A stretch of DNA of 64,000 bases from Hamiltosporidium tvaerminnensis FI-OER-3-3 (Eukaryota > Fungi > Microsporidia): positions 1-64,000 of the forward strand of contig JAKIMF020000013.1 in NCBI GenBank assembly GCA_022605425.2. The letters are read 5' to 3'. The translations under genes and the position numbers were made by a program. Below, piece by piece: positions 52,546-64,000 of the stretch; the first letter of the stretch is position 1, and each line of letters opens with the position of its first letter. A model generated the notes under the pieces. It had not been told where the DNA came from. It made no database searches and worked only from the letters and a program-made list of their open reading frames with translations.

Positions 52546-54129
52546 TATTATTCATAAATCATTTTTTTGAACTTTAAATATTCAGAAACCAATTGACACG
52601 ATTCTTTCATATGTTTGAGGTACTAATTTAGATGTGTACATGAATAATTTAAGGTATGGTTGCATTTATAGTACTATTTTTCAATGAACATTATATATTT
52701 TATAAATATTTAATTGCGTGTCAGATTTAAACCTATTGTTGTCACTATCGCTCAGAGCTAATTCAAATTTCCTTCGAGCAATAAGATTCTAGTCCCGCTG
52801 GACTATCAGTTTAATCATTTAAAATTCATTCTTATATTTCATTTTGAGAGAGAAGATATCTAAAAATCTAAAATACTGTCTAAAATTATATTTAAGGTAA
52901 AAAATGATTAGAAATAAATTCGAAAATATAAATTTTCAAAGTTGAACATATGCTTATCGATAAAAATTATACGTTAAAATTACTATGAAAAGGTTTATAA
53001 AAAGTACCAAACTAAGAAATTGGAAAGATTTTATGATCTGAGAATTAAATACAGATAAATCAACCGTTTATTGCATAATTAAATAAAATAAATACATGAA
53101 ATGTTCCTTCATTCAATTTTATTTAAAGTTAAAAAAATAATTGAGCTGGTTAGACTTCATTTCCAATAGAAGATTCCGAAATAAACTTCTAAAGGATATA
53201 ATTTTCTATCATATTTCTTTCTGTTAAAGAACTCTGTTCGAGTCATTATAGTGAAAATAAATAGAAATAAATTGTTTTCCTTCAAAAAAATCAATGAAAT
53301 GTTTGTAAATTATTTTAAAAGAATGTAAAATAAATTCTGAGAAATTGTGCAATGAAAATAAATGTAAACCATATTCATAAATACTATTACAATACAAAAA
53401 AAATCCAAGACTTTATCCATACAATAAATTTCAGGTGATGGTAATATACCAATAGATTGTTTAAAAACTCCGCATTTGGATTTTTTTATTATTTTTGCAT
53501 TTTAGATTACTTAATTCGACCTTTACATATTATTGAATCAATGAAATTTACACCACAGAAGGTAAATTAACCAAACTTTTTATACTTATTTGATATTAAA
53601 ATCTATGTTATTCATAATTTATTAATCCGTAATTACTTCCAGGAGCTTGAATTTCCAATTTCATATGTGATTTGCTGCTTTCATACAAAAAACATTTCAG
53701 GAAAGCAAATAACTCACAGAGATACAAATATTAAGTGTCTTATAATATTTACATTGTATTGTTAAATATTTAAATAAATTCCCAAACAAAAACACGAACT
53801 GCTGTATTTATGATCAAATATTAAATTTCTCATGCTTCCGTCAAATTTTAATATAAATTGCAACCTTTAAAGAATAATTAGATAATCTTGAGAGAATTAA
53901 AAGCAAATTCTAAAAAGTTTTTAAAACTCATTTCTCTTACCAAAAAAAATTTTACATTTTTGTATGTAAATCATATTTATAAATAATTTATGAAAAGTAT
54001 TTTAAATAAAAGCATTATGGTTTTATATAAAACATATTTTTAAAATATAATATCACATTTTATGAAGTTCTATTTTTTTATTGTGGTCTTCAATACTATA
54101 CTGGACTTCTCATATATTATCCTTCTAAG

Positions 54130-54378
54130 AAATTAGGGAATCGGAAACTATTTAGTTATTTAGTTATTCTATTACTCTTTACCTTTCAATGTCGAGGATG
54201 ATTAAGTGAAAATTTACCATTTGTTTATTTCAATCCGTTGTAACTCGGGGACTATAGAGAATTGGCCTATGAATCTAGTGTGGTTTATATTCCACCAAAA
54301 ATCTAAACAATGATCCTCGCACCAATTATACCCAATTATTGGCAAACAGATTATTTTTGATGTAGGTATTCTCTATCC
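54130..54378. repeat. Dispersed family, partial copy
   Basis: tagtgtggtttatattccaccaaaaatctaaacaatgatcctcgcaccaatt matches tagtatggttttattcccaccaaaaattcaaataatgattttcacaccagtt in copy 2. Confidence 0.7.
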
Positions 54379-57301
54379 ACCTATATTAAAAAATTATTAA
54401 TTAAAATTATATTTTTTTTAGAATTATCAAAAATTTAGGCAGATATAAACAATCAATGATATACAAATTATTTGAATCTGAAAAAAAGATAGGAGTATTT
54501 CTAAATGCCTGATTTTAACTTAATATTTACAAATAAAAAAATACAGTTCAATTTCATAGTAAAAAAAATTTTAAAACTTGACTCTCAAACATAAGCTCAT
54601 TAAAATATTAAGACATCTTAAAAGCGATATATGTAGAAATCTATCACAAGAAATATTTTAAAGTGCTTTTAATAGTATAAAGAAGACTTATTTACCATCT
54701 GTTCGACACAAAATATATTTTTATTTTTGTAATTTCAAAAGGCCTCACAACTCTAAAAATTCAGAAAATACAGATAAAAATCAAATTCAGCTTGTGATCT
54801 AAAAAGAAAAAAAACAATCTGATATATTTTTTTTACCTCGTGTGGTGTCCCAATGCAAGACCACTAAACTATAAAAATTTCGTTAAATTATTTGATAACA
54901 AAAAAGTAAATACATTTAAATAATTCATAAACATTTAAAAGTTTAAATTTGAATGACGTAAATAAACAAAATATATTTGATATTATATTAATCATGATTT
55001 CATTTAAAGAGAAATATATATGTTAAATTAAAATCAAATTAGATTTTAATTATTTACTTCATTATAAATTATTTTTAATCTTCAAATATTCTAAATCTAT
55101 CTTATGTAACAAAAAACTCAGTAAAAATATACAAAACATTTGCAAATTATAAATTTTTTCAATTTTAGATGAATATAATCACTTTACTGTTTTAAAATAT
55201 TTTTTGTCAAAAAATAGCTAAATTTCGAATATTTTAAGATTTATAAAATAAAAATACCTTTTAGTTTGAATTTGGTTTCTGTCTGCAAATACATTTTATA
55301 TATATTTTGGTTTTCGAATTACTTTCCAAAGAATTATGACTCTAATGTCTCTCTAATCAAATAACAAAATAAGGATTATCAATTCATATTTATTTAATTA
55401 TACGGTATGAAGTATTTGTATTGTAATTAATTAAGTCGGACTGTAAAAATTTCATTAACAGATTTAAAAATTGATTTTAATTTAGATTATAAATATTCGT
55501 GTAAACATAAAAGATTTTCAATCAAATTTTAGAAAACTATAAAATCAATTAAATAAGTTTGAATGTAGAAACATGAGACTATTTATTTTGAGATCATTCA
55601 AGGGGAATTAAAATATATAAAGAATTTATAATTATTATATTACAATCTCAGATTATTTTTATAGCTATAACTGTATTTTATAAAAATATGGTAATTGGTA
55701 AAAAACAGAAATAATCTGTTGGTATCTAAATTTTTTTTAAAATATAATTTGAATATTTATTTTGAAAATATTTTTGGTAAATATATGATTAATATATTTT
55801 AAAACTTATAACGACTTGTTTTGTAAAACAAATGGGTTAACCAACGTTTCTGTCGGTACAGAATATTTATAATTTAGAAAAGAAACCTAAAATTTCAAGC
55901 AAATTAAGTAATCTTTATAAAAAATGTAGATTTCTACGATTATAAAACAATCTTTTTAAAGTCCGTTTATAATACATTCGTATAAATAGCAAAGTTAAAA
56001 CATATTTATATTGTATGAAAAACTCTTACAAACCAAAATTCGTTTTTTAAAAGCTCATTTATTTGTAGGACAGACTGTTTGTACATATAATCACTGCTTT
56101 TCCAAATATCACAGTAAAAACCATTATATGATATAAATTTTATAATCTATTCAATACTTTAATTATTGCTTCAGATGAATTGATAGAAAAACAACATTTA
56201 GTTATTGATATAACTATATATAATATAGTGTTAGGAAATATTTTATTTCAAAACAAAGCTATTTTCATATTTTTACTTTAAATATTCATATGGTTTCAAA
56301 ATAATTATAATTAATTTAAATTTCAACAAAGATTGATATATTTCGGTTTTGGTTCTGTAGACAGAAATTTGAAACTATAAAATTTTCAAGCACAAAGTTT
56401 TTTTACGAGTTATAAAAAAGTTATTAGAGATTCATTTTTAAGTTAAGTTCTAAATACTAAATGCAGTTTATAAACGAAAATTGAATGTATGAAAGGTCTT
56501 TTAATTCATTATTTTATGAATATATTAAGCTTAATTTCTTAACTATTTCAAAATGATTAGTAAAATCAATTCGAGAAACCATAAAATAAGAATTGGTTTT
56601 TTTTTATGTGAAAGCTACTAACAAAAAATAATAAAACTTACATTCAGCTATGAAAATTAAGTTACAAGTAAATTCTATTGAAAAATATACCAAAACTCAT
56701 TTTACATAAAATATTATTGTATAACACATTTTTAAAAAAGTCGCTTGTTTCTTTTCATTTTAATTTAATAAATGTAGAGTTGAATTATGTAATTGCCTAT
56801 TAACTCGATTGATTATTATCTTGCTATCAAAGAGAGCCACTTAAATTTACAATTATTTTCAAGATTTCGAATAAAATAGAAAACAAGAAGAAATAATATC
56901 AAATATTTTTCGAAAAATGTTAGTATGAACATCATTTAAAAAATTATACCTTTTGAATATGATGTCTTGATTTGCATATAAGAATCAAGATAAATTACCG
57001 ATCGGTAACTTAAATTCTTTGTCTAATATTGAGAGCGAGTCTCATTTGTAAGCCTCATATAAAAGAAAGACATTTTAAAACATCTAAATTAATATTGAAA
57101 AGCATGAAACCCCGATGTGCAGTGTTTATTTCCAGTAGAAGAACCTATAATAAAATAAATGAGAAATCTATTTTTTATAAAAATTTATTTAAATAGAAGA
57201 ACTAATAATATTGTATAAGCTATGAAATAGAATCCAATATTTTAATCAAAGTATTTTATGTCGTTTTTTGGTTCAAATCTGTATGTTGATTGAAAAAATG
57301 A

Positions 57302-58153
57302 TTATTTTTCGTTTTTCCATTTTGAAATTATCAAATCTTTTTTCCTAAATCTTTCAACAATAAACTGATCATAGTTTTCAATATCCTTGATTTTACATAC
57401 TTTCGACTTTATACGTACTGTTCCATTGGTCCTGCCAAATAGAACTGTTGAAAGTGTTGGAACGTTTTTATTACCAGATTCGGAATATTCTACTGTAAGA
57501 TCTATAATTGTGTCAACATAATTTCTAAGTTCATTACATATCAGATTGAATCCTTTCGTTTTGGGATAAATTACATTTTTAAGTGGTTCGATACCGTTTT
57601 CGATACAAAATTTATCGCTATGGTTTTTTACAGCGTCTGTAAATCTACTTCCTTCTGGGTATATAACAATCCAAAATGGTATTTTATTCTTTTTTACATT
57701 CTTTGTCCATTTCAAAATATTAAGCTTATCTTTTAGAAAATTTCTTTCTACAAACACAAAATTTAAACAAATCAAACCCCAACCAAATATGGGAACCCAT
57801 TTCATAGACTTTTTAATTATAAATTTTACATTTTTTAACATTTTTTTCTTTCTAGCAACTTCGTTGATTAGAAGAAAATCAAAAGCACCAATGTGATTAG
57901 AAACAACAATACAATTTTCGTAATTCATTACATCTTCTAAATCTTCTATTTCGTATTCAATTTTCATTGTACACATAAGTATCATCCCCAATATTCGCCA
58001 TAAAAAATACGATAAAATTGTAGAAATTTTCATAGATAAATTTTTACTTATGAAATGTAATAAACATAGCAATGGAATTGCTATAACAGAAAGCAAACAT
58101 AAGATTAATAAAAGAATCAAATAAAATATTTTCTTTATATATATGCTTTCCAT
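57302..58153 (-). CDS. 1-acyl-sn-glycerol-3-phosphate / lysophospholipid acyltransferase (LPLAT, AGPAT3-5/LCLAT1-type)
   Basis: Catalytic NHIGAFD (NHxxxxD), KWVPIFGW, FVFVER, YPEGSRF and PKTKGF motifs. N-terminal TM segments. CCCC upstream of ATG. Confidence 0.92.
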   Translation of the reverse strand: MESIYIKKIFYLILLLILCLLSVIAIPLLCLLHFISKNLSMKISTILSYFLWRILGMILMCTMKIEYEIEDLEDVMNYENCIVVSNHIGAFDFLLINEVARKKKMLKNVKFIIKKSMKWVPIFGWGLICLNFVFVERNFLKDKLNILKWTKNVKKNKIPFWIVIYPEGSRFTDAVKNHSDKFCIENGIEPLKNVIYPKTKGFNLICNELRNYVDTIIDLTVEYSESGNKNVPTLSTVLFGRTNGTVRIKSKVCKIKDIENYDQFIVERFRKKDLIISKWKNEK

Positions 58154-58381
58154 TCTATAGGGGTAAATTTATTGATATATTTTGTAATATATTACACTTC
58201 TCATGAATATATGTTAAGTTGGCAATGGTCGTTTAATTTTGTATCGTGATTTTATTTTTTTCCGAATAGCAATTTTTTGATGGTTTCTTATCAAAATTTA
58301 GAAAGAAATTTTCAGAAATTTTTATTATTTATTTTTACGTTTAAATACTACAATTTATGTAGTAAGTATTGATGAGTGGAA

Positions 58382-58500
58382 ATGAGAAAATTAAATTAAA
58401 AACCATCTTCTTAGTAATGAGTGTGTGAAATTGGTGTGAAAAATATTTTTGAATTTTAGTGGAATTAAGTCACATATTTCTGTGATAATCTTCCTATAAC
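58382..58500. repeat. Dispersed family, short inverted fragment
   Basis: aatgagtgtgtgaaattggtgtgaaaa matches aatgagtatgtgaaactggtgtgaaaa (reverse complement of copy 2 end). Confidence 0.6.
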
Positions 58501-58920
58501 ACTGGGCTATATTAAATAAAAATAAACTGAATAACGGTCTCAAAAAAATGACTGGCATTTAAATTAGACCATGACTTGTGAAAGAGATATTTAAGGGGGT
58601 TTTGATAGAAAAGATAGAAAAACTTATAAATACTGAGATGGTTTAGCCGGTAAACTGGTTTTAGATGGAAAGGGAATATATAGATAATATCCTGAGACCT
58701 TAACAAACTACGGTTCATTTTTGCTCAAAGTTGTTTAATTTCAACACCGAGAGGTAAAAAACCTTGACTAGTAAGTAAATAATTCTAAATTCCATGATTT
58801 TAAAATTTATTTGCATCAGAATTATTAGCAAAAATGGCAATCTGTAGTGAACTAAATATTCTGAAGGTTTCAGCTTATAGAATTTAAACCGCTTAAAAAT
58901 ATATTTTTTTAGATTTGTTT

Positions 58921-59500
58921 AATTCGGAGAGAGAAGGCACATACCAAAAAACACCTACTTGTTAAATTGGATGAAATGGATGTTGAAAATATTTCTTTAG
59001 ATTCATTTTAGATTGAAACCCACATATATTTCCGGATGTTCTATAAAAATTATCATAGGGAGGAGATTGTCTATAAAATAGAAAATTCTTCGCTAAAATT
59101 TAGTTTGAAGTTTTTTACATTACTAGCTTCTAAACTGGGTGTAAAAATGTTAAGCGATTTTCATGGAAGACTATGAAAACCAAGCTCCAATCGTAGGGGT
59201 TAGAAAACCTAGGGCCTAGAGATCAAAAACACTTTCAAATACGGGAAGACTAAAAGAGGTTATAACTGTTAATATTCTATAAATAAATCTAATCAAACCC
59301 TTTTAAGCGCATAGATGTATCTTATGTGGCAGTTAATTAAGTTCATAATATAGGCAATCTGAAAGTTGCTGATCTTGAGGGGTTTCAAGACGGATTCAAA
59401 CGGCGTTAAACACTGGATGACGGAAATTAAAAAACATTGGGCCGATGTTTCATCTGATGCATAGGCACAATGCATCGTTTGGATTAAAAACTTTAAGATA
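58921..59500 (+). pseudogene. Heavily decayed Ser/Thr protein kinase gene
   Basis: Across shifting frames, in kinase order and spacing: (G)EGTYQK, F*IETHI...KNII, K*I*SN, HRCILCGS, GNLKVADL(G)VSRR, GVKHWMTEI, SSDA*AQCIV. Confidence 0.55.
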
Positions 59501-60678
59501 TATTTTCCAAGGAATATATATAGAGTTTTAGGCAATCAATTGCCTATACAAAACCTAAGGCCTCGTTATTGCGTTTAAAATATTGAACATTTCCCACTTT
59601 GATACAACAATGTGGTACATTAAAATTTATAAATTGCTAAATATACCAACTTATCCAATAAAAAAAATACTTTGTTTTACTCAACTTATATTGAAATATT
59701 ATATGCTTTCAGCAGTATATTTAGGGGGAATAACGTTCTGTAATAGCTATTTATTCGATCAATCTGCTTCTTTGTAAAAAAATTCTGTTTATGATTATTT
59801 CTTCTTATAAATAACTAAAGAAAAGTTTATTCAAAAAATAACGTTTGCACGAAAATCTATAAATTTACAAATGAACTTACATTTAGATTTCTAAATATTA
59901 CGAACAGATTTTTTCTTATACGAAATTCAACGAGGTTTAAAACTTCTTTTTAATGTAAACCGTAATTAAGTATCTGTCTGTATCTTTTCCTCTGTTTTTT
60001 GATCAATTATTTTTTAAAATCTTATTCACTTATAATTCAGGTATTTTTTGTGATTAGTAATTTAATTCAAGCGCTTATTCATTAAATATCTATCACTATA
60101 ATTTTTAGTTTAAAAAGAACCTTTCTTGGAATTTCATTGAACTTTTGCTTTGGCTTGAAATTGTTCCTTTTCCTCAATTGAAAAATATTTTAGAAATTAC
60201 TATAAGAGTGTCTATTTCGTCAATTTTTCAGTCTTTTGAGGTGTATAATTAGATATAAACTATAATAAATTCCAGTATATAATTCAAAGAAGTTCAGCAA
60301 ACTTATTTCTATAAAAAGAATCTAGTCCAATTATATAAGAATATGTAGAGTTGTATTTTTCGTTTCAATAATTTAGTACAATGCCAATATGGAACTCTGC
60401 GTTTATCGGCAATATTTTCGGGTTTTTCTTACTTAGATTTAGTACACTTAACATAAAAATATACTACCGTACATAATAATATTCAGGTTTAGAATCTAAT
60501 ATTTGCATTCTTTTTTGTAAATATGACCGAATGTATTTTGTAATTTTTAAGGCATATTTTATAATACCTTTTATTTAAATAATGATTAATTAAAAAAAAA
60601 AATTTTTATTAATTTAATTAATAAGTGTTTAATCATAAAATATCTTTATATAAAAAAAATGGTAATATTCCTTAACAA

Positions 60679-63342
60679 ATGATTTGGAATAAATTAATGT
60701 TTTTACCGGTTTGTTTTTCGAATTTAAAAGAAATATCAGAGAAAATTTGGAGATTATATATACAATCGATGCTAAATACAACAAAGTTAAGTTTTTTCTT
60801 TTTATATTTATTGACTATCGGTTTTTTAAGGCCGTTAAGGTGCGTTCGCATTACATTGAATTTTATAAATGAAAAGTACGATGAAAGTATCGCAACATGT
60901 CATGCCAGTTCTTATAATCATATAAAGTTTCATAATAAGATTGATTCCCATGTTTTGGAATTAGATATGACCCACAACAATAATAAAATATTCTCTCAAC
61001 CGGATATTGCTATGTCTATAGATACAAACCAAAAAAATATTATTATAGGAGATCAAAATATGAAATCAGATACAAGTGTAGAATCACAAAATGATTCTAT
61101 TGATGCTTCATCAAACGAAGATTTAAATAATAATATGTATTATGGAGGGGAAGGAGTCGAATATCAAAATAACTTAGAAATCTTAAAAGCAACGAACATT
61201 ACTGACAAAGAAAGTGGTAGTATAGATGAAACTACCGATAAACAACCCCCATCGTTTTCTCCAAATAAAAGTAGTCTAATATTTGATTACAACGATGCCT
61301 ATATGATTCGATCTTTATGTTTTGATGGATTAAATAATGAAAGGCTTACCGAAATCCATCTTAATATAAAAGATATAACGAAAAGTAATATTGATATTAT
61401 TATGTGCAGAGAATGTTTAAATATTTTATGTTACGGTTGGAATTACTGTATTCCGGGATTAAATAACGAAAATTTTCTAGATTTTATCTGGTTTTTTCAC
61501 GATCTGTCTTGTTATTCAGAATCCGAGGCCTTAGATATATTTTATAAAAATCTACTTCCATTTCTATTTTCGTATATAGCAGATAAATCGAGCCTAAATG
61601 TGTTTAATAGCCAAAATTTTGATTTTTCGAATTATAGAAATATTTTTTTGCCTTTCCTACCTGTAGTCTATGATTTGATCGAAGTTTCTTTTGATTTAAC
61701 TACAAAAGAATTGGTTTTTATCGAGAAAAAGGAATTTAGAAAATATAACTTATTTGGGCTAGAAAGTACCGAAGAAATAATAATTCGAACTACACCCAAA
61801 GCTCTCAATATCATGCAGGAAGCAGATGCGAGTAATATTAAATATTTGGTATGTAAGTTGGTTTGCTCCTTTCAAATATATGGAATTCGAATATCTGGTG
61901 ATAATATATATCATTCGGAACCCAAAAATGCTGAGAATACATGTAATTTCTTATTGGAACATCCAGGAATTTTTGAAATGAAAACAGATCCCTTTTCGGC
62001 ATTCGGCATTAAAGAATCCAAGATAAATAAAGAGATTAAACATATAGAATTAGATCGAATAAGTGTACCAAATATCGAAGTTTTATTTTTGTTGATTCCG
62101 AAAAAATTGGAATCGCTTATTTTAGTAAAATGCTATTCTGCAACCATGGGTACGTTTCTTGCTAAAATGACAAAAAAATTTGAAAATTTAAAAGTCTTGC
62201 AATTACTTGGTACAATGTTGCAAAATGGTTTTTTCAATACTTTGGATTTAGTGAGCATTGAGAGGTTAGATTTATCGTGTTGTACGTACAGAGGCATTCT
62301 AAAATACGTCAAAATCAAAGAAATGAAAGCATTGAAAGAATTAAAATTAGACTATTGCCACATAAATTATAAAGTTGTAGAAGCTTTGATTAGAACCGAA
62401 TCCTTAGAAGTTATCAGTATAAAAGAATTTGTATTTAAAAATATAGATGGCTTTAATGTTTGTTTAAATAAGCAAAATAATTATCGATGTTTGGATGTTT
62501 CCTGGTGTATATTTGAACATCTCTTTACCGAAATATTTTTCAAAGATTTAAATGTCGAAACTTTAATATTGGCAAATATAAAAAATCTGCAAACAATTAT
62601 TATAATTTTATCACAGAATTCATTATATATAAGTGTCAAGTGTTTAAGTTTGTCGGGTAATTTACTTTTTGTGGGTATTTTTGCTTGTTTAGATAAATTT
62701 GAAAAATTAGAGTTTTTAAACATTTCGAATTTAGATAAAGAATCTATATATTTTAAAATTTCAGATGTAGATTTCCCCAGTCTTTCTTTAGATATTGATT
62801 CCAACCGAATTTTAAATGAAAAAAAAACAAAGACAATACTCGAGCTACCACCCAGTTATGGAAAAGAACGAAATCCATCAAATTTCGACTTTATAACAGG
62901 TTTCTTAGAATGTTTATGTGCTACCGGGCTATCAACTTCTCTCAGAGGAATAAATTTATCAAAAAATGAACTTGATTCTGCAAATATTTTAAGAATAGAG
63001 TGGCTCGTAAATCTTAATTATCTTATTGTTTCGTTTGATGATAGAATATTTTCCGAATTCTTAAAGGAATACGGAGCTCTTAAATTTTCAAACTTAGAAA
63101 CTCTAATTTTAGTGTCTACAAATATTAATAATGATATTTATCATTTTGTAATGACATTACCTTTATTAAGAAATTTTGAAACACGAGAATGTAAATTTGT
63201 TGAGGATATATTAGTAAGTAACTTAAATTTATATCCCATGGTTTTGGAAAAAATAGTTTTTACGAATACAATTTATTCCTCATACTTCAAATCTGTTTTG
63301 GAAGAAATGCACGCAAAAAGAATTAATGTTATAGTAAATTAA
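60679..63342 (+). CDS. Leucine-rich-repeat family protein, 887 aa, with N-terminal hydrophobic segment and possible BTB-like domain
   Basis: Intact ORF. Multiple LxxLxLxxC/N repeats (LESLILVKC, LKVLQLLGT, IERLDLSCC, LKELKLDYC, VKCLSLSGN, LEFLNISNL, LRGINLSKN). Two disrupted paralogues in the window. Confidence 0.9.
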   Translation: MIWNKLMFLPVCFSNLKEISEKIWRLYIQSMLNTTKLSFFFLYLLTIGFLRPLRCVRITLNFINEKYDESIATCHASSYNHIKFHNKIDSHVLELDMTHNNNKIFSQPDIAMSIDTNQKNIIIGDQNMKSDTSVESQNDSIDASSNEDLNNNMYYGGEGVEYQNNLEILKATNITDKESGSIDETTDKQPPSFSPNKSSLIFDYNDAYMIRSLCFDGLNNERLTEIHLNIKDITKSNIDIIMCRECLNILCYGWNYCIPGLNNENFLDFIWFFHDLSCYSESEALDIFYKNLLPFLFSYIADKSSLNVFNSQNFDFSNYRNIFLPFLPVVYDLIEVSFDLTTKELVFIEKKEFRKYNLFGLESTEEIIIRTTPKALNIMQEADASNIKYLVCKLVCSFQIYGIRISGDNIYHSEPKNAENTCNFLLEHPGIFEMKTDPFSAFGIKESKINKEIKHIELDRISVPNIEVLFLLIPKKLESLILVKCYSATMGTFLAKMTKKFENLKVLQLLGTMLQNGFFNTLDLVSIERLDLSCCTYRGILKYVKIKEMKALKELKLDYCHINYKVVEALIRTESLEVISIKEFVFKNIDGFNVCLNKQNNYRCLDVSWCIFEHLFTEIFFKDLNVETLILANIKNLQTIIIILSQNSLYISVKCLSLSGNLLFVGIFACLDKFEKLEFLNISNLDKESIYFKISDVDFPSLSLDIDSNRILNEKKTKTILELPPSYGKERNPSNFDFITGFLECLCATGLSTSLRGINLSKNELDSANILRIEWLVNLNYLIVSFDDRIFSEFLKEYGALKFSNLETLILVSTNINNDIYHFVMTLPLLRNFETRECKFVEDILVSNLNLYPMVLEKIVFTNTIYSSYFKSVLEEMHAKRINVIVN

Positions 63343-64000
63343 TAAAGCATATATATTTTTATATTCTAATTAGGATATACGGAAATTCAGTTTATAAATA
63401 AACAGTATTTAGATTTATAAAATATATTTAAATGCAAAACAGGAAAGCCTATCATACTATGCCATATAAATATTGTTTATATAAAAACGAAAATTCTAAA
63501 TATTTAATTTTTTTATATGTTCGTAATATAATAGGTCGATTACTCACAACGCTACTGTATAAAAATTGGCATGCTTTTTTTAGCGAAGGTATACAAATTA
63601 TTTTATGGAATTCTAAAGCTACAAAAGAACATAAAATATAGAGTATAACCGAAATGAGTAATTATGAATGTAGGCATTACGTAAATAATTTGTCTTTGAT
63701 ATAGCAATACTAAGGTATTACTTGACAATCGAAGCTACATATATTAATGAGAGATTATAGCTCAATATGTGCAGCAATAAATCGTATAATAGTCTCTTAT
63801 GCATTTTTTCTCGGGTTTCAAGCTATATCTCACATTTAAGTCATCATATTTCTCAAAAAAAAGAGGTTACATAAATATTATATCTAGCATATTGTACTGA
63901 ATCTACTAATCGAATAATATAGCACGAAATTTTGAATAGTACAAGCCTTTCTTTGTACGACAAAATTTAATTAAATAAAAAAAGTAAATTCAATCATCTG

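Noticed and set aside
17883-62804. Antisense ORFs overlapping real genes (17883, 18323, 26246, 31059, 31911, 32223, 32814, 40617, 42561, 62133, 62481)
   Set aside because: Shadow frames of genuine genes or pseudogenes on the opposite strand, with no independent evidence.

Overview
Very AT-rich, gene-sparse eukaryotic DNA. Intronless compact genes, CCC/GGG triplets just upstream of start codons, a class I aldolase, a short HD-type homeobox gene and an expanded LRR family point to a large-genome microsporidian (Hamiltosporidium-like; inference, not verified). Recognisable genes: p24/GOLD protein, tRNA-Arg(CCT), Bro1-like protein, dynein light chain, TPR-like protein, DUF866 protein, fructose-bisphosphate aldolase, dephospho-CoA kinase, Qc-SNARE, homeodomain protein and a lysophospholipid acyltransferase. 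There are also three paralogues of a ~800-890 aa LRR family, one intact and two disrupted. Most short ORFs in the track look spurious. The most interesting signals lie outside the ORF track. (1) A candidate divergent U1 snRNA at ~44.0-44.2 kb (minus strand). (2) A putative signal peptide-BTB/POZ-like-LRR architecture in the LRR family, suggesting secreted cullin-3 adaptor-like effectors. (3) A 237-bp TSD-flanked SINE-like element built from RTE-type LINE ends, with a structured, possibly ribozyme-like 5' end. (4) A ~117-bp structured orphan element between 26-bp direct repeats. (5) A dispersed ~650-bp family with at least 7 decayed copies. (6) A heavily decayed protein-kinase pseudogene. All structure and family calls were made by eye, without searches.
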